Shown here piece after piece: positions 49,004 through 58,594 of a DNA stretch of 64,000 nucleotides. The DNA is from a virus. Taxonomy: Duplodnaviria; Caudoviricetes. A model generated the notes under the pieces. The model searched no databases. It had not been told where the DNA came from and saw nothing but the letters and a program-made list of their open reading frames with translations. The DNA lies in IMG/VR virus record IMGVR_UViG_3300010352_001202; one strand, written 5' to 3'. Both the position numbers and the translations under genes were made by a program. The stretch's first letter is position 1. The number at the start of each line of letters is the position of its first letter.

Positions 49004-49231
49004 ATGTCACAATCATTTATAGAGAAGATTTCCTTTTGGGGTGCAATCATTGCCTCTATATTATTGGCATTGCATATACCGGTAAGTGGTTGGGCATACA
49101 TTTTGTTTCTATTCTCAAACTTTGCATCCTTGTATCTGCTAAGAAATACTAATGCACCGAAGGTTATTTCTCACCAGATTATCTTTTTTATTGCTATAAA
49201 TCTGCTAGGCATCACCCAATGGTTGTTATAA
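49004..49231 (+). CDS. small membrane protein (3 TM)
   Basis: Hydrophobic 75 aa. Confidence 0.6.
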   Translation: MSQSFIEKISFWGAIIASILLALHIPVSGWAYILFLFSNFASLYLLRNTNAPKVISHQIIFFIAINLLGITQWLL

Positions 49232-49239
49232 ATATTGCT

Positions 49240-49581
49240 ATGTCTCCACTAAAGAAAGCAATCTTCACCGAAGTAAGGGAACACCACGAAAAGGCTGCTT
49301 CATTTGACGATGAACAGCTAAATAAGCTCATGTTCCATCATCCGGACGGTTTGAGACTTTCCTATTCTGGATTTGTAATACTCAAGAATATATTCACTGT
49401 TTATAGTTTTGCTATTCCGGAAACAATAAAATCTAGACACCAATATGGTATGTCCAAAATGGAATACCCATACTTCTTTACAAAGAGAAGGTTGATTCTA
49501 TTTTCCGAAATGGATTCGATGGTGATAAAACTGCATGGTGGTATAGAAGGATTCTTAGAGACTTGTAGTCAGCTTGACTAA
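49240..49581 (+). CDS. hypothetical protein
   Basis: ATG 5 nt after TATAAATA 49227-49234. Confidence 0.7.
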   Translation: MSPLKKAIFTEVREHHEKAASFDDEQLNKLMFHHPDGLRLSYSGFVILKNIFTVYSFAIPETIKSRHQYGMSKMEYPYFFTKRRLILFSEMDSMVIKLHGGIEGFLETCSQLD

Positions 49582-49602
49582 GTAAGGAATCCTCTATATA
49601 AT
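49574..49602 (+). promoter_or_regulatory. sigma70-like promoter
   Basis: TTGACT-17-TATAAT. Confidence 0.75.
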
Positions 49603-49608
49603 AGAGGT

Positions 49609-50052
49609 ATGAATCCGAACTCTGAAGACGCACTATTTGAAACTCTTTCTCTGAACCGCGATATCATCGAAGGTTCAGGTCCTGCCTATGGAGGATATGG
49701 TGGTGCGCATTTACGCTGGAGTTGGGGCTATGGTATGCCTACCAAACTAGAAGTTTGGACAAACGAAAAAGGGCAGAAACATCGTATCTACGGCCCTGCT
49801 GTTAGATGCCTTCGCAAGTATAAACTAGAAGAATGGTGGAAGGAAGATAAACTCCACCGCATTGGTGGTCCTGCACGCATTCATAAGGACAATATGTTCT
49901 GGTATAAAGAAGGCGTGCTTCACAATCTCGACGGTCCTGCTGTTGTCGAAAGAGCTGGTCCCAAACAATATTGGATTGACGGCGCTAAACTGTCACCCAA
50001 AGAATACAAAAAAGAAATTGCGCGTCGTAAGCGCAAAGGTTTGATAAAGTGA
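49609..50052 (+). CDS. hypothetical protein with three (L)HR..GPA repeats
   Basis: HRIYGPA, LHRIGGPA, LHNLDGPA. Confidence 0.75.
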   Translation: MNPNSEDALFETLSLNRDIIEGSGPAYGGYGGAHLRWSWGYGMPTKLEVWTNEKGQKHRIYGPAVRCLRKYKLEEWWKEDKLHRIGGPARIHKDNMFWYKEGVLHNLDGPAVVERAGPKQYWIDGAKLSPKEYKKEIARRKRKGLIK

Positions 50053-50819
50053 AAATAAGATTATGGTCAGATCTACATTTGGAATTTTCCAATCACAAAT
50101 GGGATCACATCTGGACACCTGCGCCGGAGGATAAGGAAACAACACTTATCCTTGCCGGAGATATCGATGTGGGTACCTGTGCTCAAGAATGGATGAATGT
50201 TCTATCAGATTCATTTAGGACCGTAATAAGAATCTGTGGTAATCACGAGTTTTACGACAATGATTACGACAAGGTAATACGCGATTGGCGCGACTTTGAA
50301 CAGTCGGGTCCGAGTAACTTCCATTTTTTACACAATGATTGGCGAATTATAGACGGTGTCAGGTTCCTTGGCGGAACTATGTGGACAAGCTTCGATGACG
50401 GGGATCCTATTGCTATGGGATACGCACATCGAGTAATGAATGACTACAGAAACACAAAACAGAATGGAAAGCTTATTACTCCCGATTTCATTCTGTCGCA
50501 ACATGAGTTGTTTATAGATTTTCTATTAAGGAAGTTTGATGAACCGTTTGAGGGTGACACTGTTGTAGTTACTCATCACAGTCCCGGTAATGCCCTAAAG
50601 AGAAAAGGGCATCGCGGAGATAGGAGCGATACAGCATACTTTGCAGACCTGGAACATATGATTGGACACCATAATAAGGCCAAGTTGTGGGTTCACGGCC
50701 ATACGCACAGGAATTGGGATTACATGATTAATGAAACTCGTGTAGTTTGCAACCCTTACGGTTACCATGGCAAAAGCACAAATGGTGGATTTGATAAAGA
50801 CCTAATCATTGATCTTTGA
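50049..50819 (+). CDS. calcineurin-like metallophosphoesterase
   Basis: SDLH, AGDI, GNHE, THH, HGHTH, NPYGY. Confidence 0.9.
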   Translation: MKIRLWSDLHLEFSNHKWDHIWTPAPEDKETTLILAGDIDVGTCAQEWMNVLSDSFRTVIRICGNHEFYDNDYDKVIRDWRDFEQSGPSNFHFLHNDWRIIDGVRFLGGTMWTSFDDGDPIAMGYAHRVMNDYRNTKQNGKLITPDFILSQHELFIDFLLRKFDEPFEGDTVVVTHHSPGNALKRKGHRGDRSDTAYFADLEHMIGHHNKAKLWVHGHTHRNWDYMINETRVVCNPYGYHGKSTNGGFDKDLIIDL

Positions 50820-51025
50820 TTATGTACCACAAGCACGAAATACCGTTTCCGGAATATCTGTATACCTCATTGACCGGTAACCGGTATTGCCCTGTGTTTG
50901 ATACAGAAGTAGGGCGATGGTTTCTTGTTAACCCTAACAATGTAATGTCAATTGAGAAGATTGCAGCATTATGCAATATTCCCGACGAAGATGTGACTCT
51001 TCTAAAACTTCGTTACGGCAGCTAG
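50816..51025 (+). CDS. hypothetical protein
   Basis: 69 aa; start uncertain. Confidence 0.55.
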   Translation: MIMYHKHEIPFPEYLYTSLTGNRYCPVFDTEVGRWFLVNPNNVMSIEKIAALCNIPDEDVTLLKLRYGS

Positions 51026-51057
51026 ACCTAACCCTAAGAACTAACATACAATAAGGT

Positions 51058-52053
51058 ATGAATACACAAATCTGGGAAAATACCCGCTGCATTCCCAGCA
51101 GCGACTCCAATGTGCGCAAGTATGTCTTCACCAACGAAGGCGCCAAAGGTGCTGTTGCGGAAGCGGTGCTGTACAAATATCCGACCTACGAGGATCGCAC
51201 TGTTGTATGTTGCAGCACGCAATCCGGCTGTCCGATTGGATGCCGTTTCTGCGGTACTGGTGAGTTCTTCATCCGCAGCCTGACTGCCGATGAAATCGTT
51301 GCGCAGGTGCAGCATCTATTCGCAGATCAAAATATCGATCACACAAAGGTTGATCGAATGCAAATTATGTTCATGTCGATGGGCGAACCCATGTTGAACA
51401 AGCAAGGGCTGGAAGGTGCATTGCGTCGTTTGCATGTTATGTACCCTCGTGCAGCGTTGCTGATCAGCACTTCTGCACCGGATGTGGATTACAACTGGTT
51501 GGCTGACCTGTCAGTGGAGATTCCTACCATTGGCCTGCAATTCTCTGTACACGAATCGACTGACGAAGCACGCAATAAGCTGATTCCGTTTGCGAATAAG
51601 CTGTCTTTGTCTGAGATTTCAATTGAGGGTGCATACTGGTTTTCACAGACCGGCCGTCAGCCATTCTTTAACTATTGCGCACACGAAGGCAATACTTCGC
51701 AGGAGGATGCAGATCGCTTGATGCAACTCTTCAATCCGCAAATCTGGCAAGCAACCGTGTCTGTTATTTGTGAGCAGGACGAATCCGTTGCTGCTGCAAA
51801 TCAGCGCCAACGCCAATTGGCTACCGACTTTATGGATAAGCTCCTGAGCCGTGGCTTTTCCGTTCGCTGCTTTGATCCTGCCGGTCAGGATGATATCGGG
51901 GGCGGATGTGGCCAACTTTGGTTTGTGCAAGATTTCGCCAACACTCACCCGGAACTTACTCGTAAGTCGTGTGGTGCTGGCAAAGAGAAAGTACACGCGC
52001 CGCGTGTTACTGATGAATGGATGACAATCGGGTTTCACAAGGGAGATTTCTAA
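51058..52053 (+). CDS. RlmN/Cfr-like class A radical SAM methyltransferase
   Basis: CCSTQSGCPIGCRFC, MSMGEP, SVH, DIGGGCGQL. Confidence 0.85.
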   Translation: MNTQIWENTRCIPSSDSNVRKYVFTNEGAKGAVAEAVLYKYPTYEDRTVVCCSTQSGCPIGCRFCGTGEFFIRSLTADEIVAQVQHLFADQNIDHTKVDRMQIMFMSMGEPMLNKQGLEGALRRLHVMYPRAALLISTSAPDVDYNWLADLSVEIPTIGLQFSVHESTDEARNKLIPFANKLSLSEISIEGAYWFSQTGRQPFFNYCAHEGNTSQEDADRLMQLFNPQIWQATVSVICEQDESVAAANQRQRQLATDFMDKLLSRGFSVRCFDPAGQDDIGGGCGQLWFVQDFANTHPELTRKSCGAGKEKVHAPRVTDEWMTIGFHKGDF

Positions 52054-52577
52054 TGATTACACTAAAAGACTTTATGGAAGCTATCCAGTACAAGGTTACG
52101 GATGGCAGCAAGTATGAATGGCATTGCTATGGTCCCGATGCGTATTCAATGGATTACTGGAACGGCCTGCATGACGACGGTGGCGTGAGTGTTACCTGCG
52201 TGTTCGATACCGGTGATCAGACCGTCTACGAAATGCAGGCATGGGACTATGGTACCAAACGCTACTACCGTTGGATCAATCCCGATTACATCGACGAAGT
52301 CGCTGCCGAATCTGAGGAACGCGGCGTTAGCTTTGAAAATGCTATCGACGATATCAACTTCATTGATCTGGATGTTGCCGACGATATCCTGGAAAAGGCT
52401 TCAGCAATGGTTGCAGGCGAAGAGTACGATACTCGTGTGCAGATTAGCATTGTTATCGACGATGATCTGCTTTTCTCTGCAATGAAATTTGCGCACGAAG
52501 CAGATATCACCCTGAACGAATACATCGAGGAAATCCTTAGGTTGGAGATTGCTCGCGTAGCTGCAATGGGTGCGTAA
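52053..52577 (+). CDS. hypothetical protein
   Basis: TAATG overlap, GGGAG RBS; C-terminal AH..DITLN RHH-like segment. Confidence 0.75.
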   Translation: MITLKDFMEAIQYKVTDGSKYEWHCYGPDAYSMDYWNGLHDDGGVSVTCVFDTGDQTVYEMQAWDYGTKRYYRWINPDYIDEVAAESEERGVSFENAIDDINFIDLDVADDILEKASAMVAGEEYDTRVQISIVIDDDLLFSAMKFAHEADITLNEYIEEILRLEIARVAAMGA

Positions 52578-52846
52578 TGGCTTGGCCGGATATGCTGGGC
52601 CGGCATATCGAACCCGGCCAATATGTAGTCTACTACAGCAACATCTATCAGGTGGTAGATTTGCTTGGTGCAGGGGACGGTTGTGATTTTCGAACATGTG
52701 CAAGAGCACGCATCGGGTCCGGCCTAGTAAGGATCAAGTTGGTCGATGCTTCAAAAACTACTAAATCCGTTAAGAAAAATAGTCACGAGATGTGTATAAT
52801 AGACACAGACGATGTACTCGTCTGGAAATTAAAACGAGGATACTAA
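52577..52846 (+). CDS. hypothetical protein
   Basis: 89 aa, TAATG overlap. Confidence 0.7.
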   Translation: MAWPDMLGRHIEPGQYVVYYSNIYQVVDLLGAGDGCDFRTCARARIGSGLVRIKLVDASKTTKSVKKNSHEMCIIDTDDVLVWKLKRGY

Positions 52847-52847
52847 A

Positions 52848-54041
52848 GTGGAAATCGATAATGTAAAAATGTGGGTGGGTTCTATGGAAGTAGAACAAGC
52901 TGCCCTGGTTCAAATCATGAACATCTCGCAACTGCCTATCCTTGCGGGTCATATGGCTATCATGCCTGATGTCCACATGGGTAAGGGTGCCACTGTTGGT
53001 TCCGTTATTCCTACCCGTTCTGCTATCATTCCTGCTGCTGTTGGTGTTGACATCGGCTGCGGTATGGTTGCTGCAATGACTAATCTGAGGGCCGAAGACC
53101 TTCCAGATTCGCTGTTCTCTTTGAGAAACCAAATTGAACGCGACGTCCCTGTGGGCTTCAACGAGCACGCAAAGGGCATTCCTTCTGTTTCCGGCCCGTA
53201 TGCTGATGTTCTACGAAAGAATCTCAACAAGACTATGGATGCTTTCGAGCACCTAGCCCTGAAGGCGAAGCTTGGCCGCGCTGACGAGAAGAAGATCGGT
53301 CGTCAGGTAGGTACGCTGGGTGGTGGTAACCACTTCATTGAAATCTGTCTTGATGTAAATGGTGCAGTGTGGGTAATGCTACACTCAGGTTCACGCGGCA
53401 TCGGCAATCAAATCGGTACCGTTGCTGTGGAACTTGCTAAGGAGCAGGCTGCAAAGCGCGGATACGGCTTGCCAGATGAAGATTTGGCTTGGCTGGAAGA
53501 AGGTACTCCGGAATTCGATGCGTATATTGAAGCAATGCATTGGGCGCAAGACTATGCACGTTTCAATCGTGATACCATGATGAATTTGGTACTTGCCGGC
53601 CTGCGTCACCGTATTCCGAAGATGCAGGTGGTTGGTGAGGTAATCAACTGCCACCACAACTTTACTTCTTGGGAAGAGCACAACGGATCCGGAATGTGGG
53701 TTACCCGCAAGGGTGCTGTATCCGCCAACGAAGGTCAGCTTGGCATTATTCCGGGATCGATGGGCGCGAAATCTTTTATTGTGAGGGGGAAGGGCAACCA
53801 TGACGCCTACTGTTCGTGTTCGCACGGCGCAGGACGTAAGATGAGCCGGAACCAGGCGAAAAAGCTCTTTACTTCTCTTGACTTGGCTGAGCAGACTGCT
53901 GGTATCGAATGTCGCAAGGATGACGCGGTGATTGACGAAATCCCGGGTGCATATAAGGACATTGATGAAGTTATGGCTGCACAGGCTGATCTTGTGGATG
54001 TTGTTACCACCCTGAAGCAGATTCTCTGTGTAAAGGGTTGA
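52848..54041 (+). CDS. rtcB: RtcB RNA ligase
   Basis: MPDVH.G, VGVDIGCG, GTLGGGNHF.E, HSGSRG, HHN, RKGA, PGSMG, SHGAGR, DE.P.AYK. Confidence 0.95.
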   Translation: MEIDNVKMWVGSMEVEQAALVQIMNISQLPILAGHMAIMPDVHMGKGATVGSVIPTRSAIIPAAVGVDIGCGMVAAMTNLRAEDLPDSLFSLRNQIERDVPVGFNEHAKGIPSVSGPYADVLRKNLNKTMDAFEHLALKAKLGRADEKKIGRQVGTLGGGNHFIEICLDVNGAVWVMLHSGSRGIGNQIGTVAVELAKEQAAKRGYGLPDEDLAWLEEGTPEFDAYIEAMHWAQDYARFNRDTMMNLVLAGLRHRIPKMQVVGEVINCHHNFTSWEEHNGSGMWVTRKGAVSANEGQLGIIPGSMGAKSFIVRGKGNHDAYCSCSHGAGRKMSRNQAKKLFTSLDLAEQTAGIECRKDDAVIDEIPGAYKDIDEVMAAQADLVDVVTTLKQILCVKG

Positions 54042-54042
54042 C

Positions 54043-54228
54043 ATGAGAACAGAAAGAGACATCAACGAACGCTACGATGGTATTGAACAAGGTATCATGC
54101 TATATGCACACTGGAAGGATGGAGTGCAATATGTTGGTACCTGCGGCAAAACACTTGAACAGGCATTAGCAGATATCGACAAAGAACGAGAGAAAGAACT
54201 CGCCGATATAAGGTACTATAATGGATAA
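54043..54228 (+). CDS. hypothetical protein
   Basis: YAHWKDGVQYVGTCG, 61 aa. Confidence 0.65.
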   Translation: MRTERDINERYDGIEQGIMLYAHWKDGVQYVGTCGKTLEQALADIDKEREKELADIRYYNG

Positions 54229-54628
54229 CAATAACACACTAAAATTCGTCTGGGCTCATATGATTGAGCGTGGCAAGCTCACTACTGGCGAATGGAGCTA
54301 TTATGGCGGCGACTGGGAATCTTCTCCTTCGACTTGGAAATGGGAAGAAGTCGATGCTGCCAACAAAGCATTCAAGGAAAAAGTAAAGTCGGTCGGGGTG
54401 GATTGGGACAAGACCAAAGAGCCAGAATCATCTATGGAGTCTGCCTTTACTGATACCTTCCATGACTCAGATACAGTTGAGACCTTACTTGGTACAATTG
54501 TACTAAAGGATGGTTCGGAATATTTGGTAGGTGTCGGAAACTCCGATATCAATTTTGGCGAATACATCAAACTCATTCGCAGGCAACTGGAAGACCAACA
54601 ACGCATGAAAGACATCTTCGGAGACTGA
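54221..54628 (+). CDS. hypothetical protein
   Basis: 135 aa in operon. Confidence 0.7.
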   Translation: MDNNNTLKFVWAHMIERGKLTTGEWSYYGGDWESSPSTWKWEEVDAANKAFKEKVKSVGVDWDKTKEPESSMESAFTDTFHDSDTVETLLGTIVLKDGSEYLVGVGNSDINFGEYIKLIRRQLEDQQRMKDIFGD

Positions 54629-54629
54629 T

Positions 54630-54812
54630 ATGGAAAAACTAACTTTTGATGAATTGTACGCATTACTTGAGGATATGCCCGAGCAGGTATTCCTTGATAT
54701 GGTAGCATCCGATGAATCAAGGCAAGCCTGGTTGTCACAATACGGCTGGACTATCAATGAATACGAGGCCGCCGTTGTTGAGATGTTCGATTTCGACGGC
54801 CCAGAAGAATAA
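54630..54812 (+). CDS. hypothetical acidic protein
   Basis: GGAG RBS, 60 aa. Confidence 0.65.
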   Translation: MEKLTFDELYALLEDMPEQVFLDMVASDESRQAWLSQYGWTINEYEAAVVEMFDFDGPEE

Positions 54813-54878
54813 GCCAGTTGCACTCTGCAGAGCAGGGTGTATAATTATGACTGCTGCATAAGCACAAGGAGAGAACGC

Positions 54879-55121
54879 ATGTTTTTTATTGATCTATTGG
54901 CATTCCTGGTTGCGATTGGCGTGATTGTTTTCTTTGTCACGCAGGTCGCACTTCCTTTCTACCAAGGGACTCCGTTTTTCCCGTGGTTGCGTGGTACCCC
55001 TGCGCATCAGAAGGTAGTTCACATCCAGGAAGAACTTGCCGAAACTGAAGAGGAGATCCAAGCAAAGGCTCTCCAAGATGAACTCAACCGCCGGAAGGCA
55101 CAACTGAAGGAACCCGAATGA
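54879..55121 (+). CDS. small membrane-anchored coiled-coil protein
   Basis: AAGGAG RBS before ATG 54879; promoter TTGCAC-16-TATAAT 54818-54845. Confidence 0.7.
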   Translation: MFFIDLLAFLVAIGVIVFFVTQVALPFYQGTPFFPWLRGTPAHQKVVHIQEELAETEEEIQAKALQDELNRRKAQLKEPE

Positions 55122-56365
55122 ACGCTACCCGAATGATTGCACTGATTGTCGGTGCAGTCCTCACCCTTGCTGTGGTGATTTGTCTCCCGATGATGTTTGA
55201 AGATCTGGATTCGAGCCAGATCATGGTCATCCAACACCCGATTTCGGGTCAACTGGATGTGATTACCGAGCCGGGCATTGCATGGCAGGGCTTTGGTTCC
55301 GTTACGAAGTATCCGCGACGTAACGAATTCAAGTTCAGCCTGGGTTGCGCTGCCGGCACTGTTGCTGCTAAGGACGTCCAGGTCGGCGACCATACCAGTG
55401 CAGGTCTTGGCATTCGTTTCTATGACGGTGGTAACGCAACTCTGTGCGGTTCCATCTCCTGGATGATGCCACTGGATCCGAAGAGTGTTGTGGAAATCCA
55501 TCGAGACTTCCACTCAGCCGAAGCATTCGAACTGCAAGCCATTCGACGCTCAATGGAATCGTCTTCGACGTTCTCCGGTCCTACTATGACGTCGTTTGAA
55601 TCGGCTGCTGGTCGAAGAAACGAGCTCCTGCAAATCCTGAACGAGCAAACCCTGCACGGTGTCTACAAGACTACGAGCAAGACTGTTCGCGCCAAGGATG
55701 TGGCTGGTGTGGAAAAGGACATGCAGATCACCGAAATCGTCAAGGACGAAAAGGGCCTGCCGATCCGAGCACAGGAAAGCTATGTGAACAAGTATCACGT
55801 CACTATGCTTCCGATGACCATCAGTTCCTTCAAGTATGAGGACCGTGTGGAAGCGCAGATCAAGGCGCAGCAGGAAGCTACCAACGCAGCGGTTGTTGCG
55901 ATTGCGAATGCCAAACGTGCCGACCAGGATGCAATTACGGCAGAAGCTCAAGGTCGAGCCAACGCTGCAAAGGCTGAATGGGAACAGAAGACCCTGAACG
56001 CGAAGACGATTGCGGATGCACAATCCAAGGTCACGATTGCGGATGCAAGCGTCAAGGAAGCTGAAGCGTTCAAGAAGGCTGAAATCTTGCGCGGTGAAGG
56101 TGAAGCGACTCGCAAGAAGCTGGTGATGGAAGCTGACGGTCAGTTGGACAAGAAGCTGGAAGCCCTGGTCAAGATGAACGACCGATACGCTACTGCAATC
56201 GAGAAAGCCCAACCCGGTGCCTGGTCTCCCGCAGTGCAAATGGGTCAAGGTGGTGCTAGTGCAGGCTCGCGTGCTACCGAACTGGTGGACCTGATGACTG
56301 CCAAGACTGCCAAAGAACTTGGCATTGACATGGGCGTAGTCCGCGGAGCTACTGCCAAGAAGTAA
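55118..56365 (+). CDS. SPFH/Band-7 family membrane protein
   Basis: N-terminal TM, PG..WQ.FG.V..Y, C-terminal AE/AK-rich coiled coil. Confidence 0.75.
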   Translation: MNATRMIALIVGAVLTLAVVICLPMMFEDLDSSQIMVIQHPISGQLDVITEPGIAWQGFGSVTKYPRRNEFKFSLGCAAGTVAAKDVQVGDHTSAGLGIRFYDGGNATLCGSISWMMPLDPKSVVEIHRDFHSAEAFELQAIRRSMESSSTFSGPTMTSFESAAGRRNELLQILNEQTLHGVYKTTSKTVRAKDVAGVEKDMQITEIVKDEKGLPIRAQESYVNKYHVTMLPMTISSFKYEDRVEAQIKAQQEATNAAVVAIANAKRADQDAITAEAQGRANAAKAEWEQKTLNAKTIADAQSKVTIADASVKEAEAFKKAEILRGEGEATRKKLVMEADGQLDKKLEALVKMNDRYATAIEKAQPGAWSPAVQMGQGGASAGSRATELVDLMTAKTAKELGIDMGVVRGATAKK

Positions 56366-56372
56366 GTGAAAT

Positions 56373-56390
56373 ACAGGCGGCAACGCCTGT
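56373..56390 (+). terminator. hairpin after SPFH gene
   Basis: ACAGGCG-GCAA-CGCCTGT, weak T-tract. Confidence 0.55.
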
Positions 56391-56418
56391 TGATCAACAT
56401 AGGGCTATGCACTATAAT
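56390..56418 (+). promoter_or_regulatory. sigma70-like promoter
   Basis: TTGATC-17-TATAAT. Confidence 0.65.
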
Positions 56419-56448
56419 GGTGTATAGCCCTTACCTACGAAAGAGACT

Positions 56449-57234
56449 ATGTCAAATATTCACAACTTCGCTAATCGTCAACTCTGCGAATACGCATCGA
56501 TCTTTCCGACTGTTGCTTCATTGCTTGATCATCTGCTGTTTACAAACGGCAATGGTTATAGTGTACGCAACGGAATGATCGTCGACGGCAATAGAGTTCG
56601 CATCGACGAATATCCGGAAATGACCGATGCAGAATGGGATGCACTGATTGCTGCATGTCACGCCAAGGAACGCCGTTTCGCCGAAGAATATGCGCGTGAT
56701 GGCAAACCGGTCGATGAAGCAGCCCTGGCAGAAGATTGCTCCATCTATCAGCGTATGTCGGTTACCGACTCTGATTTTAGCATGCCTTCGCTGGCGGCCG
56801 ATTTGTTCGTAAAGATGGAAGCACGCCAAGAAGAGCGCGGCATGTTTGCCGGCGAATACTATCTTCGCCCGTATCCCTTGTCGAAGGGCTATGCAGATGT
56901 GTTCCGTTTGAATGAGAAGACGCCAAAATGGTTTCTGCAGATTGCATTCAACTTCTGCGCTGTTTGGACGGAATTCCTGACAAACGAAATCAATACCGGG
57001 CATGTGTGGCTGCCGCCTTCGCAACGTCCTAAGGTTGAACCTACACCGGAACAGGCTGCCAGAGCCGATGGTATCAAGGCACTGCTTGACATGCTCAAGT
57101 CGGGCGACGACTACGACGGCTGGCTGGATAAGCCGGAGCCTACGTCAGATTATGCAGATCTAACCTGGACCACAACGCACAGGGACCTGCTTGCTGCAGA
57201 GACGGTTCGCCTGAAGGCTTTGCTGGAAAAGTAA
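56449..57234 (+). CDS. hypothetical protein
   Basis: 261 aa after promoter. Confidence 0.75.
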   Translation: MSNIHNFANRQLCEYASIFPTVASLLDHLLFTNGNGYSVRNGMIVDGNRVRIDEYPEMTDAEWDALIAACHAKERRFAEEYARDGKPVDEAALAEDCSIYQRMSVTDSDFSMPSLAADLFVKMEARQEERGMFAGEYYLRPYPLSKGYADVFRLNEKTPKWFLQIAFNFCAVWTEFLTNEINTGHVWLPPSQRPKVEPTPEQAARADGIKALLDMLKSGDDYDGWLDKPEPTSDYADLTWTTTHRDLLAAETVRLKALLEK

Positions 57235-57516
57235 ATGGGCAAGCTTCGTGTATTATCTGTTGCCGAAGCTAAGTGGGATTCGGATGCCCTTGTCTGCGAG
57301 CAGGAATCTGGCTACGGCATCAATAAAGGGACATTGAGGATAAGGATCGGTACAGATGCCAGTCTGGTTGTTACTCAGTTCAATCACGGAATGCAACAGT
57401 GTGGAGTAGTGGTGCTAAAAGACCTTGACATAGATGGTCTGCTACAATACTTGCAAGATGTCAAGCAACTGATTTCAGAAGAACAACTGGCTTTGAAGCT
57501 AATGGGGAAAAAATGA
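57235..57516 (+). CDS. hypothetical protein
   Basis: 93 aa in operon. Confidence 0.7.
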   Translation: MGKLRVLSVAEAKWDSDALVCEQESGYGINKGTLRIRIGTDASLVVTQFNHGMQQCGVVVLKDLDIDGLLQYLQDVKQLISEEQLALKLMGKK

Positions 57517-57785
57517 GCAATATTGATATGATGAGCGGATTTATGGTTTACTGGATGGATATGTCCGGTGGCGAATTTTTCCCGTTCCATTCACACTTTA
57601 CGATGGACGAAATGACCGAAGCACTGGCCTTCATGGAAGACCTGCGCAGGAAGCCAGAAAATGCCTTTGTGGGTATGGTTTCACAAAATCCGGATCATGT
57701 TGGCAAGCCCGGCGCTAGCACCATACTGCCGGAAGACTATACGCCTGCAATCGTTGTAGTTCCAGCAATCGTGGAGAAAGTGTAA
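57513..57785 (+). CDS. hypothetical protein
   Basis: 90 aa, ATGA overlap. Confidence 0.7.
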   Translation: MSNIDMMSGFMVYWMDMSGGEFFPFHSHFTMDEMTEALAFMEDLRRKPENAFVGMVSQNPDHVGKPGASTILPEDYTPAIVVVPAIVEKV

Positions 57786-57916
57786 TGGACTTTTGGCTTA
57801 TCCTGCTTGTATTGTGCTTTGCAGTAAACCTATACGGCCTTATCATGGGCGGTGGTTTCCTAAGCCTGATCTTTGTTGGTCTCAGTGGTTACTTCTTGTA
57901 CGAAAGATTCAAATGA
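57785..57916 (+). CDS. small two-TM membrane protein (not in ORF track)
   Basis: MDFWLILLVLCFAVNLYGLIMGGGFLSLIFVGLSGYFLYERFK; TAATG and ATGA overlaps on both sides. Confidence 0.65.
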   Translation: MDFWLILLVLCFAVNLYGLIMGGGFLSLIFVGLSGYFLYERFK

Positions 57917-58398
57917 AAATCAAAACACAAATCGGTAATCTGATGCATGTCACAGCCGGCCATATTGTGCATGGCTGTAATGCACAAGGCGTGATGGGTT
58001 CGGGTGTTGCACTTGGTGTGAAACAAACCTGGCCCAATGTTTACCACGACTACAAATCTATCTACGACAGCGAAGGCCTGCGCCTTGGTGTTGCATATCA
58101 GGTGGTAGTCAGCGACGAAATTGTCGTGTGGAATGCTATTACGCAGAATCTGTACGGAACTGGTAAACGCCTTACCAGTTATGATGCCGTCCAGACCTGC
58201 TTTGAGCAGATCAACTGGCACATCAAGGAAGGTGGTATCAACAACAAGAAGTTCACACAACCTGCTGAACTGCACATTCCGCTAATTGGTGCTGCACGCG
58301 GCGGCGGCAATTGGGAAATCATCCGTGAAATCATCGAGCAGACCGTAGAGTATCCTGTTACTCTGTGGCTTCCCGATTCAACTGTTACAACGAGGTAA
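57913..58398 (+). CDS. macro domain (ADP-ribose processing) protein
   Basis: IVHGCNAQGVMGSGVA, NAITQ, PLIGAARGGGNW; start ATG 57913. Confidence 0.88.
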   Translation: MKIKTQIGNLMHVTAGHIVHGCNAQGVMGSGVALGVKQTWPNVYHDYKSIYDSEGLRLGVAYQVVVSDEIVVWNAITQNLYGTGKRLTSYDAVQTCFEQINWHIKEGGINNKKFTQPAELHIPLIGAARGGGNWEIIREIIEQTVEYPVTLWLPDSTVTTR

Positions 58399-58402
58399 GA
58401 CC

Positions 58403-58594
58403 ATGCTGAAAGTACATCAAGCCCCTTCTAAGGAACACCTCGATGTGTTCATCAACGCCTTCATGAACGGCGCAAACCGTAAAGGTGATTGGGCAGTAGC
58501 ACAACCCGATTGCGGCGCCGTGGTTTTTCCTGCACAATTTGTAGTTGTTGCAGATAATAGGATTAGCCTGGCAACAATTCAATTCCTCAATTGA
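58403..58594 (+). CDS. hypothetical protein
   Basis: GAGGT RBS, 63 aa. Confidence 0.6.
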   Translation: MLKVHQAPSKEHLDVFINAFMNGANRKGDWAVAQPDCGAVVFPAQFVVVADNRISLATIQFLN

